From assembly GCA_032250675.1 (NCBI GenBank), contig JAVVEY010000002.1, forward strand, positions 3,650-67,649: a stretch of DNA of 64,000 nucleotides, in the 5' to 3' direction. This DNA is from Longimicrobiales bacterium (GTDB lineage Bacteria > Gemmatimonadota > Gemmatimonadetes > Longimicrobiales > Gaopeijiaceae). The position numbers were made by a program, and so were the translations under genes. Under the pieces are notes generated by a model, which did not search any database, was not told where the DNA came from, and worked only from the letters and a program-made list of their open reading frames with translations. Shown piece by piece: positions 29,857 to 39,511 of this stretch; within the stretch, counting starts at the first letter, position 1; every line of letters begins with the position of its first letter.

Positions 29857-29870
29857 GGAGTTCCCGAACC

Positions 29871-30758
29871 ATGTCGATTTTCATCGATCAGAATACCCGC
29901 CTCGTGATCCAGGGGATCACCGGGCGCGACGGGTCATTCCACGCGATCCAGATGATGGAGTACGGCACGCAGGTCGTGGCTGGCGTCACCCCAGGGAAGG
30001 GGGGACAGAGCTTCGAAGGCCCCGGCGGCGAGGAAGTCCCGATCTTCGACACGATGGAGGAAGCGGTCGAGGCGACGCAGCCCAACTGCTCCGTCATCTA
30101 CGTGCCGCCCGCCTTCGCGGCGAGCGCGATCATGGAGGCCGCCGACGCCGGCATCCCCTTCATCGTGGCGATCACCGAGGGGATCCCCGTGCTCGACATG
30201 GCGCGCGCTCACGCCTACGCGCACGACCGCGGCGCTCGCGTGCTTGGCCCGAACTGTCCGGGACTCATCACGCCCGGAGAGTCGAAGGTCGGGATCCTTC
30301 CCGGTTCGATCGTGATGCCGGGTCCGGTGGGGGTGGTCTCGCGTTCGGGCACGCTCACCTACGAGGCGGTCTACCAGCTCACGCAGAAGGGGATCGGACA
30401 GACGACGTGTGTGGGGATCGGCGGGGACCCGCTGATCGGCACGAAATTCATCGACTGTCTCGAAGCCTTCCGTGACGATCCCGCGACGAAGGCGATCGTG
30501 ATGATCGGCGAGATCGGGGGAACCGACGAACAGGAGGCGGCGGCGTATGTGAAGGAGCACGTCGACGTTCCCGTCGTCGGATTCATCGCCGGCCAGACCG
30601 CCCCTCCGGGGCGTCGGATGGGGCACGCCGGCGCGATCATCTCGGGGTCGGCGGGTACCGCGGCCGAGAAGATGGAGGTCTTCGAAGCGAATGGGATCGC
30701 GGTGGCGAAGCGTCCCTCGGATATCGGGGATCTCATCGCCGACGCGATCGGCTCCTGA
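29871..30758 (+). CDS. sucD: succinyl-CoA synthetase alpha subunit
   Basis: SRSGTLTYE, and GHAGAIISG (phosphohistidine loop). Confidence 0.96.
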   Translation: MSIFIDQNTRLVIQGITGRDGSFHAIQMMEYGTQVVAGVTPGKGGQSFEGPGGEEVPIFDTMEEAVEATQPNCSVIYVPPAFAASAIMEAADAGIPFIVAITEGIPVLDMARAHAYAHDRGARVLGPNCPGLITPGESKVGILPGSIVMPGPVGVVSRSGTLTYEAVYQLTQKGIGQTTCVGIGGDPLIGTKFIDCLEAFRDDPATKAIVMIGEIGGTDEQEAAAYVKEHVDVPVVGFIAGQTAPPGRRMGHAGAIISGSAGTAAEKMEVFEANGIAVAKRPSDIGDLIADAIGS

Positions 30759-30769
30759 CGCGCGCCGGG

Positions 30770-31702
30770 ATGGATACCGCGTCGCTCACGCTGGCGGATT
30801 GGCTCGATCCCGAGCGGATCGAAGTGCTGCTGGCGGTCGACACCCTCGAGGGTGCGTTGCGCGCGCTCCTCGCGCACACCCCCGAGGGTGTCCTCCCTGG
30901 AGCGGAGGCTCGGACGCGCTGCGCGCACGACCTCGCCGCCGGGGCGCGCGGCGAGGTGGTGCGGATCGGCGACGACGCGGTCGTCGTGGTGAGCGAAGAG
31001 GGGGGAGTGAAGGCTCCCACCCTCTTCCTCGGGGTATCGGTCGATCCCTTCGCCGTGACCGCCGAGGGGGGGGAGAACGCGGGTCACGCGCGCGCCGTCG
31101 TGCTCGCCCTCACGCCAGCCCGACCCGAAGCGCTCCGTGCGCGCCTCGTGCCGGCGCTCCGGCGCTTCCTCTCCACCGATGAGGGGCGCCTCGCGCTCTA
31201 TGCGGCGCGGTCCGCCGATGAGGTCCTCGAGATGACGGGCTTCATGACGCTCCCTCTTCCCGGACGTATACGCGTCCTCGGCGTGATGGAGCCGGTGTCC
31301 TACCGGGTCTATCCGGACACTCCGGCCACGGAGGTCTTCCACCTGATGACGCGACGCGGCCTGCGGGCGGTCCCCGTGGTCGGGGAGGAGTATGAGGTGC
31401 TCGGCATCATCACGGCGGGTGACGCGCTGCGGCACCTCGTCCCGCGCACGCAGAGGGGGAAGGATGTTGCCCAGGCGATCGATCGCGATCTCGCACGCGA
31501 TGTGATGGCGCGCTCGGTTCTCTGTGTCTCGGAAGACCAGGCGATCGGCGACGTGGCGGCGCTGATGGTGAAGCGTGACGTCGAGATCCTCCCCGTCGTG
31601 CGTGAGGGAGAGTTCGTGGGGTTCGTCACCCGCGAGGCGGTGCTCCGCTCGATCCTCGGTGACACCGGCGACACCCCATCCGACGACGCAGAGATCGCCT
31701 GA
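30770..31702 (+). CDS. CBS-pair protein with an N-terminal PTS-EIIA(Ntr)-like domain (apparently degenerate)
   Basis: The C-terminal half has two CBS repeats (VMEPVSYRVYPDTPATEVFHLMTRRGLRAVPVV...; VMARSVLCVSEDQAIGDVAALMVKRDVEILPVV...). The N-terminal ~150 aa has the L.L.DWLDPERI.VLL..D..EGAL..LL pattern of EIIA-2-type domains. Confidence 0.6.
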   Translation: MDTASLTLADWLDPERIEVLLAVDTLEGALRALLAHTPEGVLPGAEARTRCAHDLAAGARGEVVRIGDDAVVVVSEEGGVKAPTLFLGVSVDPFAVTAEGGENAGHARAVVLALTPARPEALRARLVPALRRFLSTDEGRLALYAARSADEVLEMTGFMTLPLPGRIRVLGVMEPVSYRVYPDTPATEVFHLMTRRGLRAVPVVGEEYEVLGIITAGDALRHLVPRTQRGKDVAQAIDRDLARDVMARSVLCVSEDQAIGDVAALMVKRDVEILPVVREGEFVGFVTREAVLRSILGDTGDTPSDDAEIA

Positions 31703-31785
31703 CGCGTCTCGGATCCTCCGCGCCCATCCAGTATGATCGCTCTTCTTTCGACACTCATCACCACAAACTTCGAGATCGTGCCCTC

Positions 31786-32211
31786 ATGACCCAAACGCTC
31801 GCCATCATCAAGCCCGACGCGGTCGAATCCGGGAAGGCCGGAAAGATTCTCGCCCACCTCGAGGCGGGAGGCTTCACCGTGCGAGGAGTTCGCATGGTGC
31901 GCCTCACGGAATCCCAGGCAGGCGCCTTCTACGCCGTGCACAGCGAACGCCCCTTCTATGGGGAGCTCGTCGAGTTCATGACCTCGGGGCCGTGCATCCC
32001 GGTCGTCCTCGAAGCGCCGGATGCGGTCCCCGCTCTCCGTGAGGCGATCGGCGCGACCGACCCTGCCGAAGCGGCGGAGGGGACGGTGCGTCGTCTCCAT
32101 GCAGAGTCGAAGGGGCGCAACGCGATCCACGCCTCCGATTCGGACGGGAATGCGGCGCGAGAGATCGCCTTCTTCTTCTCCGAGTCCGACCGGATCACGA
32201 CGGGAGGTTGA
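31786..32211 (+). CDS. ndk: nucleoside diphosphate kinase
   Basis: TLAIIKPDAV, RNAIHASD (active-site His), 141 aa. Confidence 0.96.
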   Translation: MTQTLAIIKPDAVESGKAGKILAHLEAGGFTVRGVRMVRLTESQAGAFYAVHSERPFYGELVEFMTSGPCIPVVLEAPDAVPALREAIGATDPAEAAEGTVRRLHAESKGRNAIHASDSDGNAAREIAFFFSESDRITTGG

Positions 32212-32235
32212 GACGGGGTGGGCGTGTCCCACGCG

Positions 32236-32264
32236 TTGACACTTTTCCGCTTCACGGCTAGCAT
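32236..32264 (+). promoter_or_regulatory. candidate promoter TTGACA-N17-TAGCAT for yceD-rpmF-plsX...
   Basis: Consensus -35 TTGACA (32236-32241), 17-nt spacer, -10 TAGCAT (32259-32264). The -10 ends only 8 nt before the yceD ATG at 32273. Confidence 0.5.
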
Positions 32265-32272
32265 TCCAAGCT

Positions 32273-32782
32273 ATGCCCACGCTCGATTTGCGACGCCTCG
32301 CCGCCGAAGAATTCGTCGAAGTCGTCGAGGAGTTGGATTCCGGACTCCCTCTGTGGGAGGGAACGGGGCTCACCCTGGCGGGACCTGTGAAGGTCGACCT
32401 CGTCGCGCACGAGACCGGAGAGAGCGAGGTTGTGGCACGAGGAGAGCTCAGCACGGTGCTCGCGCGCGAATGCCGACGCTGTCTGGCTACCTCGGAGGAA
32501 CGTTTCGAGCTCGACGTCACCTTCGTCTGGTCGGGTGATGTGGAGTTTCGGGGAGAAGGGGGCGAGATTCGTGCGCTCCCGACGGGCAAGGATGAAATCG
32601 ATGTGGCGGAGGCGGTTCGCGAGGAGTTGCTCCTCGCTGTACCGGCCTTCACTGAATGCACGCCGAACTGCAGGGGCCTCTGCCCCCGGTGCGGCACAAA
32701 CCTGAACGAACAAAGCTGCGACTGTACGGTCGAGGAGCGTGATCCCCGGTGGGATGCGCTGCGCGCCCTGCAGTCCGAGTGA
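32273..32782 (+). CDS. yceD: DUF177 / YceD-family protein (large ribosomal RNA subunit accumulation protein)
   Basis: About 170 aa and acidic, with paired Cys motifs CRRC...CRGLCPRCG. Sits in the conserved position immediately upstream of rpmF. Confidence 0.85.
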   Translation: MPTLDLRRLAAEEFVEVVEELDSGLPLWEGTGLTLAGPVKVDLVAHETGESEVVARGELSTVLARECRRCLATSEERFELDVTFVWSGDVEFRGEGGEIRALPTGKDEIDVAEAVREELLLAVPAFTECTPNCRGLCPRCGTNLNEQSCDCTVEERDPRWDALRALQSE

Positions 32783-32789
32783 GGCTCCC

Positions 32790-32972
32790 ATGGCAGTCCC
32801 GAAAAAGCGCACCTCCAAGCAGCGGAAGCGGAAGCGGCGCACGCATTACAAGGCGGAAACCCCGACGGTGCAGAGCTGCGAGAAGTGTGGTGATCCTCGC
32901 CAGCCGCACCGGGTGTGCCCCAGTTGTGGGCACTATCGGGGAGAGAGCGTGATCGACGTCGACTCGATCTGA
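32790..32972 (+). CDS. rpmF: 50S ribosomal protein L32
   Basis: MAVPKKRTSKQRKRKRR N-terminus, CxxC...CxxC zinc-ribbon form, 60 aa. Confidence 0.95.
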   Translation: MAVPKKRTSKQRKRKRRTHYKAETPTVQSCEKCGDPRQPHRVCPSCGHYRGESVIDVDSI

Positions 32973-32981
32973 CCCGGTTCC

Positions 32982-33995
32982 GTGCGTATCGCACTCGATG
33001 CGAGCGGGACGGACGACGCGCCCGAGATCGAGATCGACGGCGCGCTCGCAGCGCTTCGTGACCTCGACGGGATCGCGATCACGCTCGTCGGTGACGAGGC
33101 GCTGATCCGGGCGGCACTCGCGGCTCGCGGTGTGGAGCCGTCCGCCGATCTCTCGATCGTGCATGCGCCGGATCAGATCCACGCGAGTGATTCACCCTCG
33201 ACCGTGGTCCGGCGCAAGCCCGATTCGGCGATCGTCCGGGGGATCGACCTCCACCGGTCGGGCGAGGTGGACGCCTTCATCAGCGCCGGCAATACCGGTG
33301 CGGTCATGGCCGCCTCGCTCTTCATGCTCCGACCCCTCCCCGGGGTCGAACGCCCCTCGGTCGCGACGATGCTCCCGACCGTCGGTGCCCCCGTGATCCT
33401 GATCGACGCAGGGACGAATGTCGACTGCAAGCCGAAGCATCTGGTGCAGTTCGCCTACCTGGGCTCGGTCTACGCCCGGGACGCCCTCGGTGTGACGGGT
33501 CGCCCCCGGGTGGGGCTGCTCAACATCGGGGAGGAGCCCGAGAAGGGCGACGAGCGAGCGATCGAGACGCACCGCCTCCTCGCGGAGGATCCCGGCGTGA
33601 ACTTCATCGGCAATGTCGAGGGTCGCGACGTCATCCGCGGGGTGTGTGACGTACTCGTCGCCGACGGCTTCGCGGGGAATGTGCTGCTCAAGTTCTACGA
33701 GAGCGTCGCGCAGTACGTGGTCGGGATTGTCAAACGGGAACTGGATTCCCATGATGTCGACCTCGACTACGAGCGCGTCTTCCGCGTGCTCGACTACTCC
33801 GAATATGGCGGCGCCCCGTTGCTCGGGGTCAACGGACTCTCGATCATCTGTCACGGCGGCTCATCACCGAAGGCGATCCGGAATGCGATCCGCGTCGCCG
33901 CCGACGCGGTTCGCAATCACCTCGTCGGGGACATGGCCGCGGAGTTCGCGGATCGTGCCCCCGGTCATGGAAGCCAGGGAGGCACGCCCTCGTGA
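32982..33995 (+). CDS. plsX: phosphate acyltransferase PlsX
   Basis: IALDASGTD, SAGNTGA, and ADGFAGNVLLK motifs. GTG start. Canonical rpmF-plsX-fabH order. Confidence 0.93.
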   Translation: MRIALDASGTDDAPEIEIDGALAALRDLDGIAITLVGDEALIRAALAARGVEPSADLSIVHAPDQIHASDSPSTVVRRKPDSAIVRGIDLHRSGEVDAFISAGNTGAVMAASLFMLRPLPGVERPSVATMLPTVGAPVILIDAGTNVDCKPKHLVQFAYLGSVYARDALGVTGRPRVGLLNIGEEPEKGDERAIETHRLLAEDPGVNFIGNVEGRDVIRGVCDVLVADGFAGNVLLKFYESVAQYVVGIVKRELDSHDVDLDYERVFRVLDYSEYGGAPLLGVNGLSIICHGGSSPKAIRNAIRVAADAVRNHLVGDMAAEFADRAPGHGSQGGTPS

Positions 33996-34984
33996 GCACG
34001 CCGAAGCCCATCGTCGACTTCGTCGGAACGGGTCGCTACCTGCCCGAACGCAGGCTGACCAACGACGACCTCGCCGAATTCGTCGAGACCAACGACGAGT
34101 GGATCCGGAGTCGCACCGGAATCGTCACGCGTCATCTCGCGCGCGAGGACGAACTCGCGGCGGAGATGGCGCAGGTGTCGTCACGGATCGCGCTCGACCG
34201 CGCCGGAGTCGAGCCCGGAGAGGTCGACGCGATCATCCTCTCGACCGCGACACCCGACCGGTGGCTCCCCTCGACCGCGTGTGATCTCCAGGCGCTCCTG
34301 GGCGCGCACCGCGCGATGGCCTTCGATGTGCAGGCCGCCTGTTCGGGGTGGCTCTACGCACTCACGATGGCCGAGGGGTATCTCGCCTCCGGACGCGTCG
34401 ATACGGTGCTCGTGGTCGCCACCGAGAAGATGAGCAATATCCTCGACTGGACGGATCGCACCACCTGCGTCCTCTTCGGCGACGGCTCGGGTGCCGCGGT
34501 GTTGCGGCGCTCGGACGGATCACGGGGGATCCTCTCGAGCTTTCATCGCTCCGACGGGCGGCTGGCCGAGCTGCTCTGGCGCCCGGCCGGGGGCGTGAGG
34601 ATGCCGCTCACCGAGGACCGTGTCCGTGACCGTCAGCATCTGATGGCGATGTCGGGGCGCGAGATCTTCAAGTGCGCGGTGCGCTCGATGGCGCAGGCGT
34701 GTGACGAGGCGCTCACGCGCGCGGGGCTCTCGGGGAACGACATCGATCTGATGATTCCCCACCAGGCCAACATCCGCATCATCGAGGCCACCGCGAAGTA
34801 TGCCGGGATCCCGATGGAGAAGGTCTACGTGAATGTGGACCGCTACGGCAACATGAGCTCGGCTTCGATCCCGGTCGCGCTCGACGAGGCGCTCGAGGAT
34901 GGCTCGATCCAGCCCGGGATGAAGGTCCTCTCGGCGACCTTCGGTGCCGGACTCACCTGGGGCGCGATGGTCTGGCAGTTCTGA
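33992..34984 (+). CDS. fabH: 3-oxoacyl-ACP synthase III
   Basis: Active-site Cys in QAACSGW, HQANIRI, GNMSSASIP. GTGA overlap with plsX. Confidence 0.94.
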   Translation: MSTPKPIVDFVGTGRYLPERRLTNDDLAEFVETNDEWIRSRTGIVTRHLAREDELAAEMAQVSSRIALDRAGVEPGEVDAIILSTATPDRWLPSTACDLQALLGAHRAMAFDVQAACSGWLYALTMAEGYLASGRVDTVLVVATEKMSNILDWTDRTTCVLFGDGSGAAVLRRSDGSRGILSSFHRSDGRLAELLWRPAGGVRMPLTEDRVRDRQHLMAMSGREIFKCAVRSMAQACDEALTRAGLSGNDIDLMIPHQANIRIIEATAKYAGIPMEKVYVNVDRYGNMSSASIPVALDEALEDGSIQPGMKVLSATFGAGLTWGAMVWQF

Positions 34985-35058
34985 TGACCCGCACCATTTG
35001 AAATCGCGCGCTCGGCGCGCCCGATCCGATCCCCTCGCACCTCACCCCCGCACTCCGC

Positions 35059-35985
35059 ATGTCTCTCGCACTCCTCTTCCCCGGTCAGGGATCCCAGCAC
35101 GTGGGGATGGCCCGCGAACTCGCGGATACCTACCCGGAGGTGCGTGACCTCGTCGCCGAGGCGGATGACGCCCTGGGGATCCCCCTCGGCGAGATCATGT
35201 GGGAGGGCCCCGAAGAAACCCTCACCGAGACGCGGAACGCCCAGCCTGCGCTCCTCCTTCATTCGGTCGCGGCGTGGCGGGTCGTGCGCGACGAGACGCG
35301 TGACGCCGCCTTCGTCGCGGGACACTCGCTCGGCGAGTTCACTGCCTGGGTGGCGGCGGGCGCGATCGACTTTGCCGACGCGCTGCGTGCGGTCCGGCGC
35401 AGGGGCGAGCTGATGTTCGAGGCGGGGGTCGAGCGCCCCGGCACCATGGCGGCGCTCCTCGGTCTCGAGGACGACGCCGTCGAGGCGGTGTGCGCGCAGG
35501 TCGAAGGGGGCATCTGCGTCCCGGCCAACTACAACGCACCCGGGCAGGTGGTGATCTCGGGTGACGCGGCGGGGGTGGCCGAGGGGATGGAGCGCGCCAG
35601 GGAAGCGGGCGCGAAGCGCGCCGTACCTCTCAATGTCTCGGGCGCGTTCCATTCGCCGCTGATGAAGGGAGCCGAGGCGCGGCTCGCCGCCTTCCTCGAC
35701 GGGATCGAGATTCGCGATCCCGCGATCCCCGTCGTCTCGAATGTGACCGCGGCCCCCGTGACCGACGCCGCGGAGGCGCGCACCCTCCTCGTGCAGCAGC
35801 TCACCTCGCCCGTCCGGTGGCACCGCTCGATCGCCCGCATGCTGGACGCCGGAGTCGACCACTTCGTCGAACTCGGACCGGGCGCCGTGCTCTGTGGCCT
35901 GAACCGTCGCAACGCCCGTGGATCGGCGTGCCGCTCCGTCGGAACCCCCGACGATGCGGCCGCCTTCATGAGAGAGGGAGGCTGA
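35059..35985 (+). CDS. fabD: malonyl-CoA-ACP transacylase
   Basis: FPGQGSQ, GHSLGEF (active Ser), VSGAFHSPLM. Confidence 0.94.
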   Translation: MSLALLFPGQGSQHVGMARELADTYPEVRDLVAEADDALGIPLGEIMWEGPEETLTETRNAQPALLLHSVAAWRVVRDETRDAAFVAGHSLGEFTAWVAAGAIDFADALRAVRRRGELMFEAGVERPGTMAALLGLEDDAVEAVCAQVEGGICVPANYNAPGQVVISGDAAGVAEGMERAREAGAKRAVPLNVSGAFHSPLMKGAEARLAAFLDGIEIRDPAIPVVSNVTAAPVTDAAEARTLLVQQLTSPVRWHRSIARMLDAGVDHFVELGPGAVLCGLNRRNARGSACRSVGTPDDAAAFMREGG

Positions 35986-35988
35986 GAG

Positions 35989-36735
35989 ATGCCCGAGCAG
36001 GAGCTTGCGGAAGGCACCGTTGCGATCGTGACGGGAGGATCGAGAGGGATCGGTCGCGGGATCGCCGAGGCGCTCGCCGAGGCGGGTGCCCGCGTCGCCG
36101 TGGTCGCACGGAGCGAGGCGGGGGCGACGGCGGCGGCAGACGCCCTCCAGGGAAGCGGACACGCGGGGTTTGCCTGCGATGTCTCGGATCCCGACGCCGT
36201 CCGCGAGACGGCTTCCGCGATCGAATCCTCGCTCGGTACCGTGGGGATTCTCATCAACAACGCCGGGATCACGCGCGACAATATCCTCCTCCGTCTGAAG
36301 GACGAGGATTGGGATCGCGTCATCGACGTCAATCTCAAGGGCGCATTCAACTTCACACGGGCCGTCGCGCGCGGCATGATGAAAAGGCGTGACGGCGTGA
36401 TCGTGAATGTCAGCTCCGTCGTGGGGCTCATGGGGAATGCGGGGCAGGCGAACTACGCCGCGTCGAAGGCGGGGCTCCTCGGACTCACCCGGAGTGTGGC
36501 GCGCGAACTCGCCTCGCGCGGCGTGCGGTGCAACGCGATCGCACCCGGTTATATTCGCACCGAGATGACCGCGGAGCTCTCGGAGCAGCAGACCACGGAA
36601 CTCACCGGGCGGATCCCGCTGGGGCGCCTCGGCGAGGTCGAGGACATCGCCGGCGTGGTGAGGTTTCTCGTGGGGCCCGGTGCACGCTACATTACCGGAC
36701 AGGTTCTTGCCGTAGATGGCGGCATGGTCATGTAG
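35989..36735 (+). CDS. fabG: 3-oxoacyl-ACP reductase
   Basis: SDR motifs [21 protein letters not shown]. Confidence 0.93.
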   Translation: MPEQELAEGTVAIVTGGSRGIGRGIAEALAEAGARVAVVARSEAGATAAADALQGSGHAGFACDVSDPDAVRETASAIESSLGTVGILINNAGITRDNILLRLKDEDWDRVIDVNLKGAFNFTRAVARGMMKRRDGVIVNVSSVVGLMGNAGQANYAASKAGLLGLTRSVARELASRGVRCNAIAPGYIRTEMTAELSEQQTTELTGRIPLGRLGEVEDIAGVVRFLVGPGARYITGQVLAVDGGMVM

Positions 36736-36806
36736 CCTTCGTCCCGATGTGGGGCGGGGCTCGATTTTCTTCCGGAATCACCCAAACGCATAGCAGGGGG
36801 AGTACA

Positions 36807-37043
36807 ATGTCGGATGCTGAATCCAGGGTCCGTGAGATCATCGTGAACGAGCTGGGCGTCGAAGCCGACAAGGTCACGCCGGAGGCATCGTTCGTGGAGG
36901 ATCTCGGGGCGGATTCGCTCGACACCGTCGAGCTCGTGATGGCCTTCGAGGAGGAGTTTGCGATCGATATCCCCGATGAGGACGCTGAACAGCTGCGGAC
37001 GGTCGGCGATGCGATCGCGTACATGAACGAGAAGACGGACTGA
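36807..37043 (+). CDS. acpP: acyl carrier protein
   Basis: 78 aa with the [20 protein letters not shown] phosphopantetheine site. GGGGGAG RBS. Confidence 0.96.
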   Translation: MSDAESRVREIIVNELGVEADKVTPEASFVEDLGADSLDTVELVMAFEEEFAIDIPDEDAEQLRTVGDAIAYMNEKTD

Positions 37044-37062
37044 TTGCAGCCCGGAGTCGCGA

Positions 37063-38325
37063 ATGCCCGAGAAGATGGAACGCCGCGTCGTCGTGACCGG
37101 GGTCGGGACCGTCACGGCCGTCGGGAACGACGCCTCCTCTACGTGGGAGGCTCTCCTCGCCGGAGTGAGTGGCGGAGGCCCGATCACCCTGTTCGAGGTG
37201 GATGACGAGTACGTGACGCGTGTCGCGGCCGAGGTCAAGGACTTCACCCCGAGCGACGTCCTCGACCCGAAGGATGCCCGACGCTACGACCGTACCTCGC
37301 ATCTGGGGATCACGGCCGCGGTCGAGGCGGTCCGCGACGCCGGGTTCACTCCGGGAGAGCTTCCGGATCCCGACCGCTTCGGCGTGATCTTCGGGTCGGG
37401 GATCGGAGGGATCTCGACCTTCGAGCGTGAGCACCGGAAGATGCTCGAGAAGGGGCCTCGACGTGTCAGCCCCTTCTTCATTCCCTTCTTCATCCCGGAT
37501 ATCACCGCGGGTCTGATCTCGATCCATACGGGAGCCAAGGGGCCCAACTACGCCACCGTCTCGGCGTGCGCCTCGAGCGCGCACGCGATCGGGAGCGCTC
37601 TGCGGAGTATCCAGCGGGGCGATTCGGACCGCTGCATCGCAGGAGGAACCGAGGCGACGATCACCCCGATGACGGTCGCGGGGTTCGCCTCGATGAAGGC
37701 GATGACCACCCGCAACGACGATCCCGCGCGCGCGAGCCGGCCCTTCGACCGAGGCCGCGACGGCTTCCTGATCGGCGAGGGCGCGGGTGCGCTCGTGCTC
37801 GAGGCGCTCGAGACCGCGCAGGCGCGGGGGGCCACGATCCTCGGGGAGGTCATCGGGTACGGGGTGACGGGCGACGGATATCACATCACCTCGCCGCCGC
37901 CCGAGCATGAAGGCGCGCAGCGCGCGATGATCGAAGCGATGGACGACGCCGGGATCACACCGGAGGATGTCGACTACATCAACGCGCACGGGACCTCGAC
38001 ACCGGTCAACGACGAGCAGGAGACGGTCGCGATCAAGAGGGTGCTCGGGGAGCGTGCGTACGAAATCGTCGTCGGATCGACGAAGTCGATGACGGGCCAC
38101 GTGCTCGGGGCGGCGGGGGCGGTCGAGGCCGTCGTCTGCACGAAGGTCATGCAGACCGGCAGAATCCCCCCGACGATCAACTTCGAGGAGGCCGACCCGG
38201 CGTGCGACCTCAACTACGCGCACGAGGGGATGATCGAACGGGAGGTGCGGGTGACGCTCTCGAACTCCTTCGGCTTCGGTGGGCACAATGTCTGCCTGGC
38301 GATGCGCCGCTGGGACGGCGACTGA
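37063..38325 (+). CDS. fabF: 3-oxoacyl-ACP synthase II
   Basis: VSACASS (active Cys), NAHGTSTP, KSMTGHVLGAAG. Confidence 0.95.
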   Translation: MPEKMERRVVVTGVGTVTAVGNDASSTWEALLAGVSGGGPITLFEVDDEYVTRVAAEVKDFTPSDVLDPKDARRYDRTSHLGITAAVEAVRDAGFTPGELPDPDRFGVIFGSGIGGISTFEREHRKMLEKGPRRVSPFFIPFFIPDITAGLISIHTGAKGPNYATVSACASSAHAIGSALRSIQRGDSDRCIAGGTEATITPMTVAGFASMKAMTTRNDDPARASRPFDRGRDGFLIGEGAGALVLEALETAQARGATILGEVIGYGVTGDGYHITSPPPEHEGAQRAMIEAMDDAGITPEDVDYINAHGTSTPVNDEQETVAIKRVLGERAYEIVVGSTKSMTGHVLGAAGAVEAVVCTKVMQTGRIPPTINFEEADPACDLNYAHEGMIEREVRVTLSNSFGFGGHNVCLAMRRWDGD

Positions 38326-38345
38326 CGCCCCCGGACGGAGCACTC

Positions 38346-38840
38346 ATGCGTGCAGGGTTCGGGTACGACTCCCACCGCTTCGATCCGGATACGCCGCTGA
38401 TCCTCGGTGGCGTCGCAATCCCCGATCACCCCGGTCTGACAGGGCATTCGGACGGAGACGCGATCTGTCACGCCGTGATCGACGCGATCCTGGGAGCCGC
38501 CGCGCTCGGGGATGTGGGTCGGCACTTCCCGCCGAGCGACGAGCGGTGGCGTGGCGCCGATTCGATCGATCTCCTCCGCCGTGCCCTCGAGGTGCTCGAG
38601 CGCGCGAATTACCAGGTCGTCAACATCGACGTCACGGTGATCTGCGAAACCCCGCGGATCGCGCCGTGGGTCGAGGCGATCCGTGCTCGCCTGGGCGAGG
38701 TGCTCGGGATCGGACCCGGATTCGTCTCGATCAAGGGCAAGACGAACGAGACGATGGGGTGGGAGGGACGTTCGGAAGGGATCGCCGTACACGCCGTCGC
38801 GCTCGTGGACCGCGTCGAGGGCGAGGCGCCCGGACCGTGA
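38346..38840 (+). CDS. ispF: 2-C-methyl-D-erythritol 2,4-cyclodiphosphate synthase
   Basis: GFGYDSHRF, GHSDGDAICHA, VTVICETPRI. Start moved to the ATG at 38346. Confidence 0.94.
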   Translation: MRAGFGYDSHRFDPDTPLILGGVAIPDHPGLTGHSDGDAICHAVIDAILGAAALGDVGRHFPPSDERWRGADSIDLLRRALEVLERANYQVVNIDVTVICETPRIAPWVEAIRARLGEVLGIGPGFVSIKGKTNETMGWEGRSEGIAVHAVALVDRVEGEAPGP

Positions 38841-38881
38841 CGCGCCTCCCGCGGGCACGCGCCCGCAGCGTGGCCTGACCG

Positions 38882-39511
38882 ATGGATCCGGAGAGCGCCG
38901 CCGCGTCCTTCTTCACCGCGCTGGCCTGGCTCGAGGGGCTCCACCCCGCGCTCCTCTACCTCGTCCTCGCCTTCGGGGCCTTTCTGGAGAACCTCTTTCC
39001 TCCCGTGCCCGCAGACAGCGTCGTCGTGGTCGGAGGCGTCCTGGCGGCCCAGGGCGTGATCCCGGTCTGGGGCGCGGCGCTCGCGGTGGGCGGCGCGAAT
39101 GTGGGAGGCGCCTGGCTCATCTACCTCGCGGGGCGAAGACATGGGCACGCCTTCTTCACCGACGGACCCGGGCGTCACATCCTGACCCGCAGACAGCTCG
39201 ATCGTGTCGAACGATGGCACGCGCGCCACGGGGTCGTGGCGCTCTTCCTCGTTCGCTTCCTCCCCGCGCTGCGTGCCGTCGCACCGGCCTTCGCGGGGAT
39301 CGGGAGGCTCCCGGCGCGGAGTGTGATCGGGCCTCTGGTGGGGGTGTCGATCGTCTGGTACGGAGGGCTCCTCGCCGGGGGGTACGCGATGGGTCAGAAT
39401 CTCGAGTCGCTCGCGCTCTGGCTCGCTCAGGTCAACCGTGTGCTCGAGATCGTCGCGATCGTGGTGGTGATCGTGACATTCTGGTGGTGGAGGTGGAGCC
39501 GTCGTGGGTGA
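38882..39511 (+). CDS. DedA-family (SNARE-associated) membrane protein
   Basis: FLENLFPPVPADSVVVVGG, and RFLPALRAVAPAFAG, both typical of DedA/VTT-domain proteins. Confidence 0.85.
   Translation: MDPESAAASFFTALAWLEGLHPALLYLVLAFGAFLENLFPPVPADSVVVVGGVLAAQGVIPVWGAALAVGGANVGGAWLIYLAGRRHGHAFFTDGPGRHILTRRQLDRVERWHARHGVVALFLVRFLPALRAVAPAFAGIGRLPARSVIGPLVGVSIVWYGGLLAGGYAMGQNLESLALWLAQVNRVLEIVAIVVVIVTFWWWRWSRRG

Noticed and set aside
34991-35020. gcgcgc-tcg-gcgcgc palindrome after fabH as a terminator
   Set aside because: Self-complementary GC repeats are common at this base composition. There is no U-tract, and fabD follows in the same conserved operon.
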